DNA from: a virus
Length of the DNA: 44,515 bases
UHGV virus genome: UHGV-1858859
Direction: 5' to 3' (one strand)
The position numbers and the translations under genes were made by a program. The notes under the pieces were generated by a model. The model did not search any database and was not told the origin of the DNA. It saw only the letters and a program-made list of their open reading frames with translations. Of this stretch, positions 34,609-43,644 are shown one piece after another (position 1 is the first letter of the stretch; the number at the start of each line of letters is the position of its first letter).

Positions 34609-34959
34609 ATGGTTGATGTAATTAAACGTCGCATTACTGGTGTCTCCGACGACTCCCCGGCCGATGGTCAGGTAGAAATTGACATGGAGAATATTTCTCC
34701 GGCGTCTTTCTTTACCGCACTTGCGGCCACCACCGCAGTTACGGCAGGACAGACCATTACGCTGACCGTAGCAGTAACCGGAGGGGCCGAACCGTATTCA
34801 TACCAGTGGTACAAAGATAACAACGCTATCGCTGGCGCAAACGCTGCTTCCTATGCTAAAGCGTCAACCACTACCGCAGATTCGGGCACGTATAAAGTGG
34901 TTGTTCACGATGTGTATGGTAATATTATCTCCAGCAGCACCGTAGCAACGGTATCTTAA
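34609..34959 (+). CDS. Ig-like domain protein
   Basis: PYSYQWYKDNNAI ... SGTYKVVVHDVYG pattern; second Ig-like protein in the head module. Confidence 0.5.
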   Translation: MVDVIKRRITGVSDDSPADGQVEIDMENISPASFFTALAATTAVTAGQTITLTVAVTGGAEPYSYQWYKDNNAIAGANAASYAKASTTTADSGTYKVVVHDVYGNIISSSTVATVS

Positions 34960-34995
34960 TACGGCGGCCCTTCGGGGCCGTAATAAGGAAAGGTC

Positions 34996-35175
34996 ATGGC
35001 AGATAATTACGTAATCCGCGAAAAGTACACCCACGTTGATATTGTTGACGGTCAGGTAATGCCGGTTCGCGGTGTTGTAGAAGCGGATGAACTGGTTGCG
35101 ACTCAACCGGACAACGAAGAAGCGCACAACAACGGCGGTGGTACTAAGCGTCGTCGCCGTAAGTCAGAGGAATAA
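34996..35175 (+). CDS. small acidic protein with basic C-terminus (59 aa)
   Basis: AAGGAAAGG RBS; ends KRRRRKSEE; below track cutoff. Confidence 0.35.
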   Translation: MADNYVIREKYTHVDIVDGQVMPVRGVVEADELVATQPDNEEAHNNGGGTKRRRRKSEE

Positions 35176-35178
35176 TTT

Positions 35179-35691
35179 ATGCCGCTAATCGTGGAAACTG
35201 GGGTGATCGTCCCAAATGCCGACAGTTACATTAGTCTGGCTGACGCCCGCGCGTTAGCGGCTAATTATGGCCTTGAGCTGCCGGAAGACGATACCGCAGC
35301 AGAGGTGGCCTTACGCAACGGTGCTACTTATGTAGGGCTTGCAGAACCGCAGATGTGCGGTCGTCGAGTATCCGCCGAACAGTCTCTTGCATACCCCCGC
35401 ACCGGCGTTACGTTAAACGGGTTCCCGGTGGCCAACAACGCCATTCCGAAACAGGTGATTCTTGCGCAGGTAATCGCTGCCGCTACATATGGCGAGGGCA
35501 CCGAAGTCCGGGCTAACTCAGACGGCCGCGCCGTGCAGACTGAGCGTGTCGAGGGTGCGGTAACAGTGACCTACTTCAACAATGGCAACAGTGGCGCTAC
35601 GACCGCGATTACCGCTGCTGACGACGCTTTACGCCCGTTATTGTGTGGTGGTCTTAACAATGGTTTCTCGTTTAACGTGTACCGGGGTTAA
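35179..35691 (+). CDS. head-tail connector/adaptor protein
   Basis: Position between head and neck genes; assignment by synteny. Confidence 0.4.
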   Translation: MPLIVETGVIVPNADSYISLADARALAANYGLELPEDDTAAEVALRNGATYVGLAEPQMCGRRVSAEQSLAYPRTGVTLNGFPVANNAIPKQVILAQVIAAATYGEGTEVRANSDGRAVQTERVEGAVTVTYFNNGNSGATTAITAADDALRPLLCGGLNNGFSFNVYRG

Positions 35692-35693
35692 AA

Positions 35694-36308
35694 ATGGCGA
35701 AGACTAAATCAGAGATATTCACGCTAATCGGTTCCGAGCTACCGGACAACACGACCGGACTTATTACGCCTGCGAAGTTGCGCGGGGTATTAACCCAGAT
35801 GGCTGACTCACCTATTTACGCCACTCCGGGTGTTAAAGAGGTTGAAGTTCTCCGCGCTGCGTCGACAGTAGCGCAAGCGCCTACCGCAGTAGATACGGCG
35901 TTGCAGGTATCGTTCGGCTCTGCTCAGGGTAGTGCATCTGACCTGGTAATGATTAATGCTGCGGGGTTGGTTACGTTCAACACCGCGGGTAACTACGCCG
36001 TTCGCATCAAGTTACAGGCAGGCCGCACTGGTGCTAGCGGAACCTCTATCTTGCTATCGTGCATTCTGGTTAATGGCGCACAATACGGCTCGCCAGCCGC
36101 TACGAAACTGGTAAGCGCGGATACTACAATTCCTATTGAGTCTCGTGTTGCTATTAACCCGACCGCAGGCCCGACGTTTGCCGTTGAGATTATGCGGGAT
36201 AGCACCGGGAGTAACTTCGGCGGCGTATACCCACAAGCCGCTACGGTAACCGCATGGGGTACCGCCCCGTCGGCACTACTGGTTATTTCGAGACTGGAGG
36301 CCGCTTGA
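35694..36308 (+). CDS. hypothetical structural protein
   Basis: 204-aa ORF starting 3 nt after the upstream stop. Confidence 0.45.
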   Translation: MAKTKSEIFTLIGSELPDNTTGLITPAKLRGVLTQMADSPIYATPGVKEVEVLRAASTVAQAPTAVDTALQVSFGSAQGSASDLVMINAAGLVTFNTAGNYAVRIKLQAGRTGASGTSILLSCILVNGAQYGSPAATKLVSADTTIPIESRVAINPTAGPTFAVEIMRDSTGSNFGGVYPQAATVTAWGTAPSALLVISRLEAA

Positions 36309-36402
36309 TGAATAAGTTCACATGTGGTGTAGTTTTTGGTTTTCTTACCGCGGTAGTCTTGCACAGTTACGGTGTTCTTTTGACGCTGCAAGAGGTGCTA
36401 AA

Positions 36403-36762
36403 ATGAGCACCGCTTTCAGTAAACGTATGCAAGGCGTGGGTACACGCCTGCTAACCAAATTCGGTAGCACGGTATCTCTGGTTCGCGCTGGCTCGAAAGT
36501 GTGGGATGAAGTTCTCGGTGAGTATGTCCGGTCCGCGGATGAAGTGCTGCCGTTGAAAGCTGTTCCGGTTCCGGTAAACGCGGGACTGGTGAACGGTACG
36601 ACGATTCAGGCGGGAGACGTGATTGTTAAAGCCGATTGCAGCGTCGTACCGAATATGGAAGACAAGGTGCAATTCGGCGGCGAGCAATGGTCCGTCGTAG
36701 CCATTGAGAAGAAGATGGTTAACGATGATGTCGTGGCCTACTTTATTCAGGTGAGAAAATGA
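36403..36762 (+). CDS. head closure / neck protein
   Basis: ATG at 36403 (MSTAFSKR); positional assignment. Confidence 0.4.
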   Translation: MSTAFSKRMQGVGTRLLTKFGSTVSLVRAGSKVWDEVLGEYVRSADEVLPLKAVPVPVNAGLVNGTTIQAGDVIVKADCSVVPNMEDKVQFGGEQWSVVAIEKKMVNDDVVAYFIQVRK

Positions 36763-37154
36763 GTTTCGCGCTGGACGTCTCTAAGTTTGTGGAAAAGGCG
36801 AAGAAGAATCCTGAGAAGGTGATGCGTCAGGTGTCTATCAAGCTGTTTTCCGCTATCATAAAGGCTAGTCCAGTGGACACCGGCCGCTTTCGTATGAACT
36901 GGATGGCGTCTGGTGGTACTTCTGCTTCCGGGATTACGGACGCCACCGATAAATCAGGAAACACGGCAACCGGAAACGCTACAAGTTTCGTACTGAAAGC
37001 CACCGACTGGCACGAGTTCACGCTAACAAATAATCTGCCGTATGCTCAACGGCTGGAGTATGGTTGGTCGCAGCAAGCGCCGCAGGGCATGGTCAGGACT
37101 AACGTGTCTCGCTTCCAGCAACTCATTAACGAAGAAGCCAACAAGGTGAAATGA
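36759..37154 (+). CDS. neck / tail completion protein
   Basis: ATGA overlap with the upstream gene; positional assignment. Confidence 0.4.
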   Translation: MSFALDVSKFVEKAKKNPEKVMRQVSIKLFSAIIKASPVDTGRFRMNWMASGGTSASGITDATDKSGNTATGNATSFVLKATDWHEFTLTNNLPYAQRLEYGWSQQAPQGMVRTNVSRFQQLINEEANKVK

Positions 37155-37567
37155 TGGGCTACTTTGAGGACTTAACCAAAGCATTTGATGTGCCGCTGGT
37201 AGCCTTCGGAACAACCAACGGCATCAAGGTCTCGCTTGAAAACATCGACGCGCCGACGTCAACCGATACGCCGTATCTGGCAAGTTACATGTTACTTGCG
37301 GATACAGAACAGGCGGATTTGTTCTTCACAGAACAACGCTCAGGTGTTTATCAGGTCGACATTAACTACGCATCGGTGAAAGGTAGCGCGCCAATCAATA
37401 AAATGGCAGACTTACTTAACACGGCATTTAAAGCAGGTAAGTCATTTTCACGTAACGACATCTGCGCCGAGGTTCAATCGGTAAGCCTGGGGCCGCTGAT
37501 TGTAGAAAACGGATGGGCCAAACGACCATTGTCAATTAACTTTATTGCATTCACCAAGAGGCTGTAA
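37151..37567 (+). CDS. tail terminator-like protein
   Basis: ATGA overlap; immediately upstream of the major tail gene. Confidence 0.4.
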   Translation: MMGYFEDLTKAFDVPLVAFGTTNGIKVSLENIDAPTSTDTPYLASYMLLADTEQADLFFTEQRSGVYQVDINYASVKGSAPINKMADLLNTAFKAGKSFSRNDICAEVQSVSLGPLIVENGWAKRPLSINFIAFTKRL

Positions 37568-37569
37568 AT

Positions 37570-38736
37570 ATGGCTACAACTCCTTTTAAGGGCGCGAATA
37601 CAGCGCAATTCTATGTGGCGGAAGTGACCCCGGGCGTAACCCCAGACAACCCTGTCTGGTCGCCGCTGCGCAATACGGGCGGTGTTCCTGCGGTAACCCG
37701 CGATGCGCTGACCTCCAACGAACTCGACGGCAGCCGAGAAACTACATCCATCCGAACCGGCAACAAACAGGTTAGCGGGGAGTACGCCATCGAACTTAGC
37801 TCCCGTAGCCAGGATGATTTCCTCGCGGGTGCTATGACTTCTACGTGGCAAGCTGGGGTAGAGATTACGGGTGCAGAAATTACGGTCGCTCCAGCAGGTA
37901 AAACATTCACCCGCGCTGCTGGTAGCTTCATTACTGACGGTGTAGAAGTTGGCGACCTGATTGCGTTCACCGGCTTAACCAGCGACAACGCAAAACCGTT
38001 TATCGTGACCGAGGTTTCTGCTCTTGTAGTTACGGGTTCTGGCATTCAACACACGCTGACAGCAGAGACTGTAACCACCGGCGCTAAAACAGGCGATAAA
38101 TTGGAAACCGGTAACGCATGTAAGACGTTCTCCATCCTGACATGGTTCAAAGGACAGTGCGGGAACCCTGACGCGTACATGCTGACCAAAGGCGTGGAAA
38201 TCTCCGGTTTCACCATTGAACAGGCCGTAAACGCGATGGTGACAGGCAGCTTCCCGTTCATCGGTCTGAGTCAGGAAATTCTTTCTGCACGGCCAGCAGG
38301 TTCTGATTTCTCTCAGGTGACGTTTACCGATGAGCCGTTCTCATCCGTAGATGTGTCTGTGTTCGACGGTTCTACGCCGTTGCGTTGCGATACTCTGACC
38401 ATCACCAACGACAACGGTGCTTCCGCACAGTTCGAACTCGGCAACAGTAGTGTTGCGTTCGTGGAACGTGGCCGCGCAGCTAACACATTCTCCATCTCTG
38501 GTAAGCTGTACGACATGGCGATGATTCAGAAGTTTATCAACGAACAGCAGGTAGAGATTAACTCTATTCTGGCGGGGGTAAACGGGGCTATGTCTTTCAG
38601 CCTGAAACGTGCCGAGTTGACCGCAGTTACGCCAGAAATATCTGGCCCAGAATCAATCACCCAGAGCATAGAGGGACAGTCCACCGGCAATCAGTACCAG
38701 TCATCTATCGTAATTCAACGTATCACCTACGCATAA
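37570..38736 (+). CDS. major tail protein
   Basis: 388 aa, Thr/Gly/Val-rich, followed by a strong terminator and located before the chaperone and tape measure genes. Confidence 0.6.
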   Translation: MATTPFKGANTAQFYVAEVTPGVTPDNPVWSPLRNTGGVPAVTRDALTSNELDGSRETTSIRTGNKQVSGEYAIELSSRSQDDFLAGAMTSTWQAGVEITGAEITVAPAGKTFTRAAGSFITDGVEVGDLIAFTGLTSDNAKPFIVTEVSALVVTGSGIQHTLTAETVTTGAKTGDKLETGNACKTFSILTWFKGQCGNPDAYMLTKGVEISGFTIEQAVNAMVTGSFPFIGLSQEILSARPAGSDFSQVTFTDEPFSSVDVSVFDGSTPLRCDTLTITNDNGASAQFELGNSSVAFVERGRAANTFSISGKLYDMAMIQKFINEQQVEINSILAGVNGAMSFSLKRAELTAVTPEISGPESITQSIEGQSTGNQYQSSIVIQRITYA

Positions 38737-38740
38737 AACT

Positions 38741-38766
38741 AAGGCCCCTTTCGGGGCCTTTTTCTT
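38741..38766. terminator. rho-independent terminator (near-identical copy of the one at 6141)
   Basis: aaggcccc-tttc-ggggcctt followed by tttctt; also terminates the convergent minus-strand cassette. Confidence 0.6.
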
Positions 38767-38995
38767 ACTCATCAATATTACTTCGGTACTCCCGTAACTT
38801 CTCCAGACTTTCTATTGCTTCCGCTAAGTCGGTTCCGGTGTCCTTGTGCCCGCGAAGGCCCATACACAGAAGTTTCTTCAACGCGTGCTGTAGTGCCGGG
38901 TCGCGGATGTCGAAGGCGCGTAGCACATCATAAACGTCTACTGTCATTGTGCTGCCGTGAGTATTTGTCATTGTGCGGTTGTATTTTGAAGTCAT
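38765..38995 (-). CDS. hypothetical protein
   Basis: 76-aa ORF, last gene of the minus-strand cassette. Confidence 0.45.
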   Translation of the reverse strand: MTSKYNRTMTNTHGSTMTVDVYDVLRAFDIRDPALQHALKKLLCMGLRGHKDTGTDLAEAIESLEKLREYRSNIDE

Positions 38996-40122
38996 CCCAG
39001 CATCTCCGGTGAAATAGTTAAACGTGCCACCTCCCCATATTCGGCGCTATAAGTTATCACGTTAGCACTACGACCGGACATCCAGCCCCCTCGCGATGCG
39101 TAAGCATCTTTCGCGGCCAGGGTTCGGTGTTGTTCGACTACCATATTGCGGCTTTCTACTAATTTCTGATGATGTAGATGCCCTACATGAGCGTAGCTGT
39201 ATGTGCTTTCTCCAAAAGCCTTACGGAATTTAGAAATCATTACTGACTCTATGGCGTCGAATCTCGCACGGTGTCCATGATGCATGAATAGCGTAGTTTT
39301 CCCGTGCTGGACCATCTTGTATACGTCGGGGGAGGTGTCCACAAATACGCGAGGTTCGTTATCGTACAATGTACAGAACATTTCGGCGAGCCATACAGAG
39401 CCTACAGGGTCGTGGTTACCTTGAACTATTAAGAGTTTGACTGTGTGATGTTTAACAAGCGCCATATCGACAACACGACGCACCATACGAATCATGTAGC
39501 GAACTAGTTTCTGATAGCGAGTATCGGCGTCTAACACATGACGCGACTCAGGGGTAACGGCATCAAGACTATCGAAGTGCGCGAAGTCTCCTAGCAGGTT
39601 AATAACTCCTGTTCCCGCGTCTGGTGCTTTCTGGAACGCTGCGTCAAACCAACGGGAGAACAGGTCTTCCGCAATCTTCATGTCCCAGTCGTCGCCGCTC
39701 TCGTCAGCCCAGGCCAGCATACCGAGATGGAAATCAGACACAGTGTAAAGATTGAGTAGTTTATCGTCGCGTTTGGCGCGAACGGCTTTAACAGGAGCAA
39801 CGGGGGTAATCTCCGACTTCATGCCTTCGATTACGGCCTTCATTAACTCGACCTGACGTTCTGCGTCAGTGTCGGTCTTAACCCATTGCAGTTTAGTGTT
39901 GCCGAACTCGTCCACCAGAGACGACGTACCTTTAATCTTGTAGCCGTCAGGCACAAGGTGACTAACGTCGCGACCGTGGCCTACACCTTTCTTAGCCAGC
40001 TTCGCTTTACGGATACGGATAACGCGGTCTGAGATTCCGTACTTACGTGCGATATCAATAATTTTTGTTCCGGCGTTCAATTCTTCCCGTAACTGTTCGT
40101 CGGTTATTTTCTTATGAGCCAT
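38992..40122 (-). CDS. calcineurin-like metallophosphoesterase with N-terminal HTH
   Basis: Metallophosphatase motifs GDFAHFD, GNHD, GHLHH; N-terminal HTH-like segment KIIDIARKYGISDRVIRIRKAK. Confidence 0.7.
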   Translation of the reverse strand: MAHKKITDEQLREELNAGTKIIDIARKYGISDRVIRIRKAKLAKKGVGHGRDVSHLVPDGYKIKGTSSLVDEFGNTKLQWVKTDTDAERQVELMKAVIEGMKSEITPVAPVKAVRAKRDDKLLNLYTVSDFHLGMLAWADESGDDWDMKIAEDLFSRWFDAAFQKAPDAGTGVINLLGDFAHFDSLDAVTPESRHVLDADTRYQKLVRYMIRMVRRVVDMALVKHHTVKLLIVQGNHDPVGSVWLAEMFCTLYDNEPRVFVDTSPDVYKMVQHGKTTLFMHHGHRARFDAIESVMISKFRKAFGESTYSYAHVGHLHHQKLVESRNMVVEQHRTLAAKDAYASRGGWMSGRSANVITYSAEYGEVARLTISPEMLG

Positions 40123-40161
40123 GCTTTACTTCCTCGTGTTTAGGATTTGTCCTATACTAGC

Positions 40162-40353
40162 TCACTTCTCTTTGACATTCGAGTTGCACGCCCAGATTAA
40201 AATAAATACCCACGGCAGCAGAACCCAACCGAGAAACAGATTAGCCATGAATATCGCTAATTTAGCTTTATGGTTGCGCATATGCGCCACGAGAAATGGG
40301 ATAAAATAAACTAAAACGATAATGATTAAGAAGAACATAGTAATACCTGTCAT
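40162..40353 (-). CDS. superinfection-immunity-like small membrane protein
   Basis: YFIPFLVAHMRNHKAKLAIFMANLFLGWVLLPWVFILIWA resembles the Imm_superinfect family signature (from memory); AGGAG RBS. Confidence 0.5.
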   Translation of the reverse strand: MTGITMFFLIIIVLVYFIPFLVAHMRNHKAKLAIFMANLFLGWVLLPWVFILIWACNSNVKEK

Positions 40354-40394
40354 GGGGTAGCTCCTGTTTGAGTTAACATTGTTGGTGTAAGTGA

Positions 40395-40423
40395 ATAGTA
40401 TCCTATTATGTTGGGGTGTGCAA
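40395..40423 (-). promoter_or_regulatory. sigma70-like promoter TTGCAC-N17-TACTAT, exact inverted copy of the 18893 promoter block
   Basis: Minus-strand reading cttgcacaccccaacataataggatactattcactt is identical over 36 nt to plus strand 18892-18927. Confidence 0.65.
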
Positions 40424-40530
40424 GTAATGTGTTAGAATTATTTTGCGCCTAGTGTCGCACACGAAAAGCGGGTGGTTCCCGTCTGGCGCATTAACCTTAA
40501 CCAGTAACCTCTTAACCAAAGGATTAAAGA

Positions 40531-40947
40531 ATGAAACTTTCTGATTTTTATTACGAAGCTGAGGCAGAAAAAGGCGCCCGTATGCCAATACCACTGAAAG
40601 ACGGCACCGATTCAGGGGAGTGGCTGAACGTTGTTTCACCGGAGGCAGACGTTGCCGTTAAAGCTATGAGGGCGTTTACACTTGCGTACCGCGCGGCATT
40701 AGGTAAATTGAAACCGCTTCGTGATAAATGCGAGGAACTGAAAGATTTCTCGGAATACAATATTAAGATGGAAGACGCCGCGACGGACCTTAACCGCCAG
40801 TTAGCACTTGAACTGGTTAACGGTTGGAGTCTCGACGATGAATTTAATAAAGAGAACCTGAACACTCTTTTCTCACAATATAAACGCCTCGCTGAACACG
40901 TTGTTGTTTTCCACAACGAACAGCTTCACCAATTGCAGGAAAAGTAG
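40531..40947 (+). CDS. tail assembly chaperone (G-like)
   Basis: 138-aa acidic protein immediately upstream of the tape measure gene; -1 frame ORF continues past its stop. Confidence 0.55.
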   Translation: MKLSDFYYEAEAEKGARMPIPLKDGTDSGEWLNVVSPEADVAVKAMRAFTLAYRAALGKLKPLRDKCEELKDFSEYNIKMEDAATDLNRQLALELVNGWSLDDEFNKENLNTLFSQYKRLAEHVVVFHNEQLHQLQEK

Positions 40948-41312
40948 ACGCGTTGCTCCAGTTTGCCCGTTGGAACTTCATAACCCGCCACAAACGGCGG
41001 GAGTTTGACAGCATTGCCGACGGACATAAAGCCGCGCTAATTGCTATGGGGGTTATGCAAGACGCGCCGGAAGCAACGCAGGATACCGGGCCAGAATGCC
41101 CCCCTGAGCTATTAACCACCTTCGAGAAGTACCGGGAAATCAAATTTACCCGCCGAGTGGATGACGACGGCATCAAGATGTACCCGCGCGAACAGTTAAG
41201 ATGGTCGGATTTAGTGGCATACAGCACCGTTTCGGGCCAGAATATAGACATGTTTGAATCTGACATCATCATGAGCTTAGACGCTATTTTCGAGGGCAGA
41301 AACGATGGCTGA
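40531..41312 (+). CDS. tail assembly chaperone frameshift product (GT-like), inferred
   Basis: Join of the G frame to the -1 frame ORF 40953-41312 via slip near 40938-40944; conserved arrangement upstream of tape measure genes. Confidence 0.4.
40938..40944 (+). other. candidate -1 programmed frameshift site (GGAAAAG) for a G-T fusion chaperone
   Basis: Heptamer sits 1 codon before the G stop; the -1 frame is open from here to 41312 (GKVDALLQFARWNF...). Confidence 0.45.
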
Positions 41313-43641
41313 TGTAGCTAGTTTAGTTGTAAAAGTATCAGAGCAAGGCGCGAAAGCTACCTCAGACCGTCTTGATAACCTTTCCAAGTCCGCAAAGGTA
41401 GCCGGGGCCGCGGTAGCGGGCCTCGCTTCCATCGTCGCTGCTACCGCGTACAAGGCCGCACAGGAACTGGTAGACTCCCAACGGCAACTGGACAAGATGT
41501 CCGCCAGCCTGAAAACACTAACCGGAAGCACGCAGGGGGCAAGACAGGCATTAAGCATCCTGCAAGACTTCGCGCGCGACACTCCGTATGGTCTTGAACA
41601 GGCAGTAGAGGGATTCCGTAAACTTGTGGCGCTTGGTCTTACACCATCAGAAGAAGCGTTGCGCTCCTATGGCAACACTGCCGCTGCTATGGGTAAAGAC
41701 CTAAATCAGATGATTGAGGCCGTTGCGGACGCCAGTACGTTTGAATTTGAGCGCCTTAAAGAATTCGGCATCAAGGCTAAGCAGAACAAAGACGATGTTG
41801 AATTTACATTCCAGGGCACTACTACGGTGGTTAAGAAGAGCGCTGCCGATATCGAGCAATACCTGCTCAACATTGGTAACGTAAACTTCGCTGGGGCTAT
41901 GGCGGACCAGGCTAACACACTTAACGGGGCCATAGCCAGTGCCAGCGACTCATGGTCGCAGTTAAAAATGACACTGGCTACCAGTCTTGATGTTGGTGCG
42001 CTCGCCGAACCTATCCGATACATCGATGATTTAATCCAGGAACTTAACGCACAGGTTGCATCCGGTGAACTTGCCGCAGAGATGCGTATGTGGGGTGACA
42101 TCGCGTCGGAAGTAGGAAGCGCGATAGAGATGTCGTTCGACGCGGCATTTGGTTTTGTAGGTGACGCGATAAATGGACTGAATGAACTTTGGGATTTTAG
42201 CAGTAAAAGTATCACCGACAGCGGCGAACAAACGGCGACAACCATCGCGGAATCAGCAGCCGATGCGCTCGATTTCATCGCGGAAGAATTTACCGCGATG
42301 GAGCGCTTCTTTGAAGATATGGTTAAAGGGGCGCAGGACGCTGGCCGGTTGGTGAAAGCAGCCTTCACACCAGGGGAATCTGTAGACGTAGCAAAAAACA
42401 TTAACTTCCAGCTAGGGATGGCACTGGATACTCAGCGCGATGTTGCGGACCTGACCCGTAAAAGTTTCCGCGAACAGGTGGAGGCTCAGCAAAATATCGT
42501 CGCGCTTAAACGCGCGGCATATGACATCGACAAAGAAGCCGCTAAGGAAGAAGGGCTTAGTAAATTTAAGGTAACTGGTACTGGTGGCGGGTCCGAAGAT
42601 GATAATGCTGGTGCAAAAGCCGCCAAGAAAGCTGCGGACGCGTTCGAGCGCCAGAAGAAAGCCGCGGAGGATTTCTACTACCAGTCGATTCATCTCAATG
42701 ACGACGTATTCCAGAAAATAGAAGCTAATCAGGAGCAACAGTTAACCAAGCTACAAGAGTTTTACGGCAACCAGCTTCTTAGCGACCAGCAATACGAGAA
42801 CGCCAAAACTCAAATTATGCTGGAGGCGGACACCGCACGTCAGGAAGAACTCGCCAAGCGGGAGAAAGAACGGCAGGAGAAGAACCAGAAAGGCGAGGAC
42901 TTCATGGCTCAGATTATGGGCCAGAATGCTGCCGAGCTTGAGCTTCTGGAGATTCAGGAACAACAAAAACTGGACGTTGCTGATAGATACCGTGAACAGA
43001 ATCTGATTAACGAGGAGCAGTACCAGGCAGCGGTTAACGCGATAAACGACCAGTACGCATTGAAACGTGCCAACGCTACCGGTAACGCTTTTGGCATGAT
43101 GGCGGACAACATTAAGTCATCGCTAGGCGAGGCGTCCTCCGCGTATAAAGCATTCGCTATCGCTCAGGCCACAATAGCCACATACACATCCGCCATCGAG
43201 GCTTATAAATCTGCGTCCGCGATTCCTATTGTCGGTTGGGTACTTGGTCCGGTGGCTGCCGCCGCGGCGGTAGCCGCAGGTCTGGCTAACATCGGCAAGA
43301 TTCGTTCGGCCCGTGAGCAGGGCGGTAACTTAGCTGCAGGTCAGTTATCTACTATCGCGGAACGTAACAAGCCAGAAGTTATTATGCCTGCAGGGGCGTC
43401 ACGCGTACGTACCGCGGAACAGATGCGCCAGATTATGGGCGAGAACGGCAACAAGTCAGGCGGTGACAGCGTTACAATCGTCAACAACACCACCGGACGA
43501 GTTGATTCCGCCGTTACAGAGCGTGACGACGAAGGGCGGTTACGTGTTATTATCAGCGAAACAGTATCGGCGGCGTTGCAGGACAGCAACAGTGCGATCT
43601 CCAAGTCCCGCCGTGCTACACGAAACCAGCCGGGGTATTAA
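41305..43641 (+). CDS. tail tape measure protein
   Basis: 778 aa, Ala/Gln/Glu-rich helical protein with a Gly/Ala-rich hydrophobic segment near the C-terminus (VGWVLGPVAAAAAVAAGLANIG). Confidence 0.8.
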   Translation: MADVASLVVKVSEQGAKATSDRLDNLSKSAKVAGAAVAGLASIVAATAYKAAQELVDSQRQLDKMSASLKTLTGSTQGARQALSILQDFARDTPYGLEQAVEGFRKLVALGLTPSEEALRSYGNTAAAMGKDLNQMIEAVADASTFEFERLKEFGIKAKQNKDDVEFTFQGTTTVVKKSAADIEQYLLNIGNVNFAGAMADQANTLNGAIASASDSWSQLKMTLATSLDVGALAEPIRYIDDLIQELNAQVASGELAAEMRMWGDIASEVGSAIEMSFDAAFGFVGDAINGLNELWDFSSKSITDSGEQTATTIAESAADALDFIAEEFTAMERFFEDMVKGAQDAGRLVKAAFTPGESVDVAKNINFQLGMALDTQRDVADLTRKSFREQVEAQQNIVALKRAAYDIDKEAAKEEGLSKFKVTGTGGGSEDDNAGAKAAKKAADAFERQKKAAEDFYYQSIHLNDDVFQKIEANQEQQLTKLQEFYGNQLLSDQQYENAKTQIMLEADTARQEELAKREKERQEKNQKGEDFMAQIMGQNAAELELLEIQEQQKLDVADRYREQNLINEEQYQAAVNAINDQYALKRANATGNAFGMMADNIKSSLGEASSAYKAFAIAQATIATYTSAIEAYKSASAIPIVGWVLGPVAAAAAVAAGLANIGKIRSAREQGGNLAAGQLSTIAERNKPEVIMPAGASRVRTAEQMRQIMGENGNKSGGDSVTIVNNTTGRVDSAVTERDDEGRLRVIISETVSAALQDSNSAISKSRRATRNQPGY

Positions 43642-43644
43642 CCA

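Noticed and set aside
41706-42401. 231-codon minus-strand ORF inside the tape measure gene
   Set aside because: Antisense to a confident tape measure gene; Ser/Ala-rich low-complexity translation.
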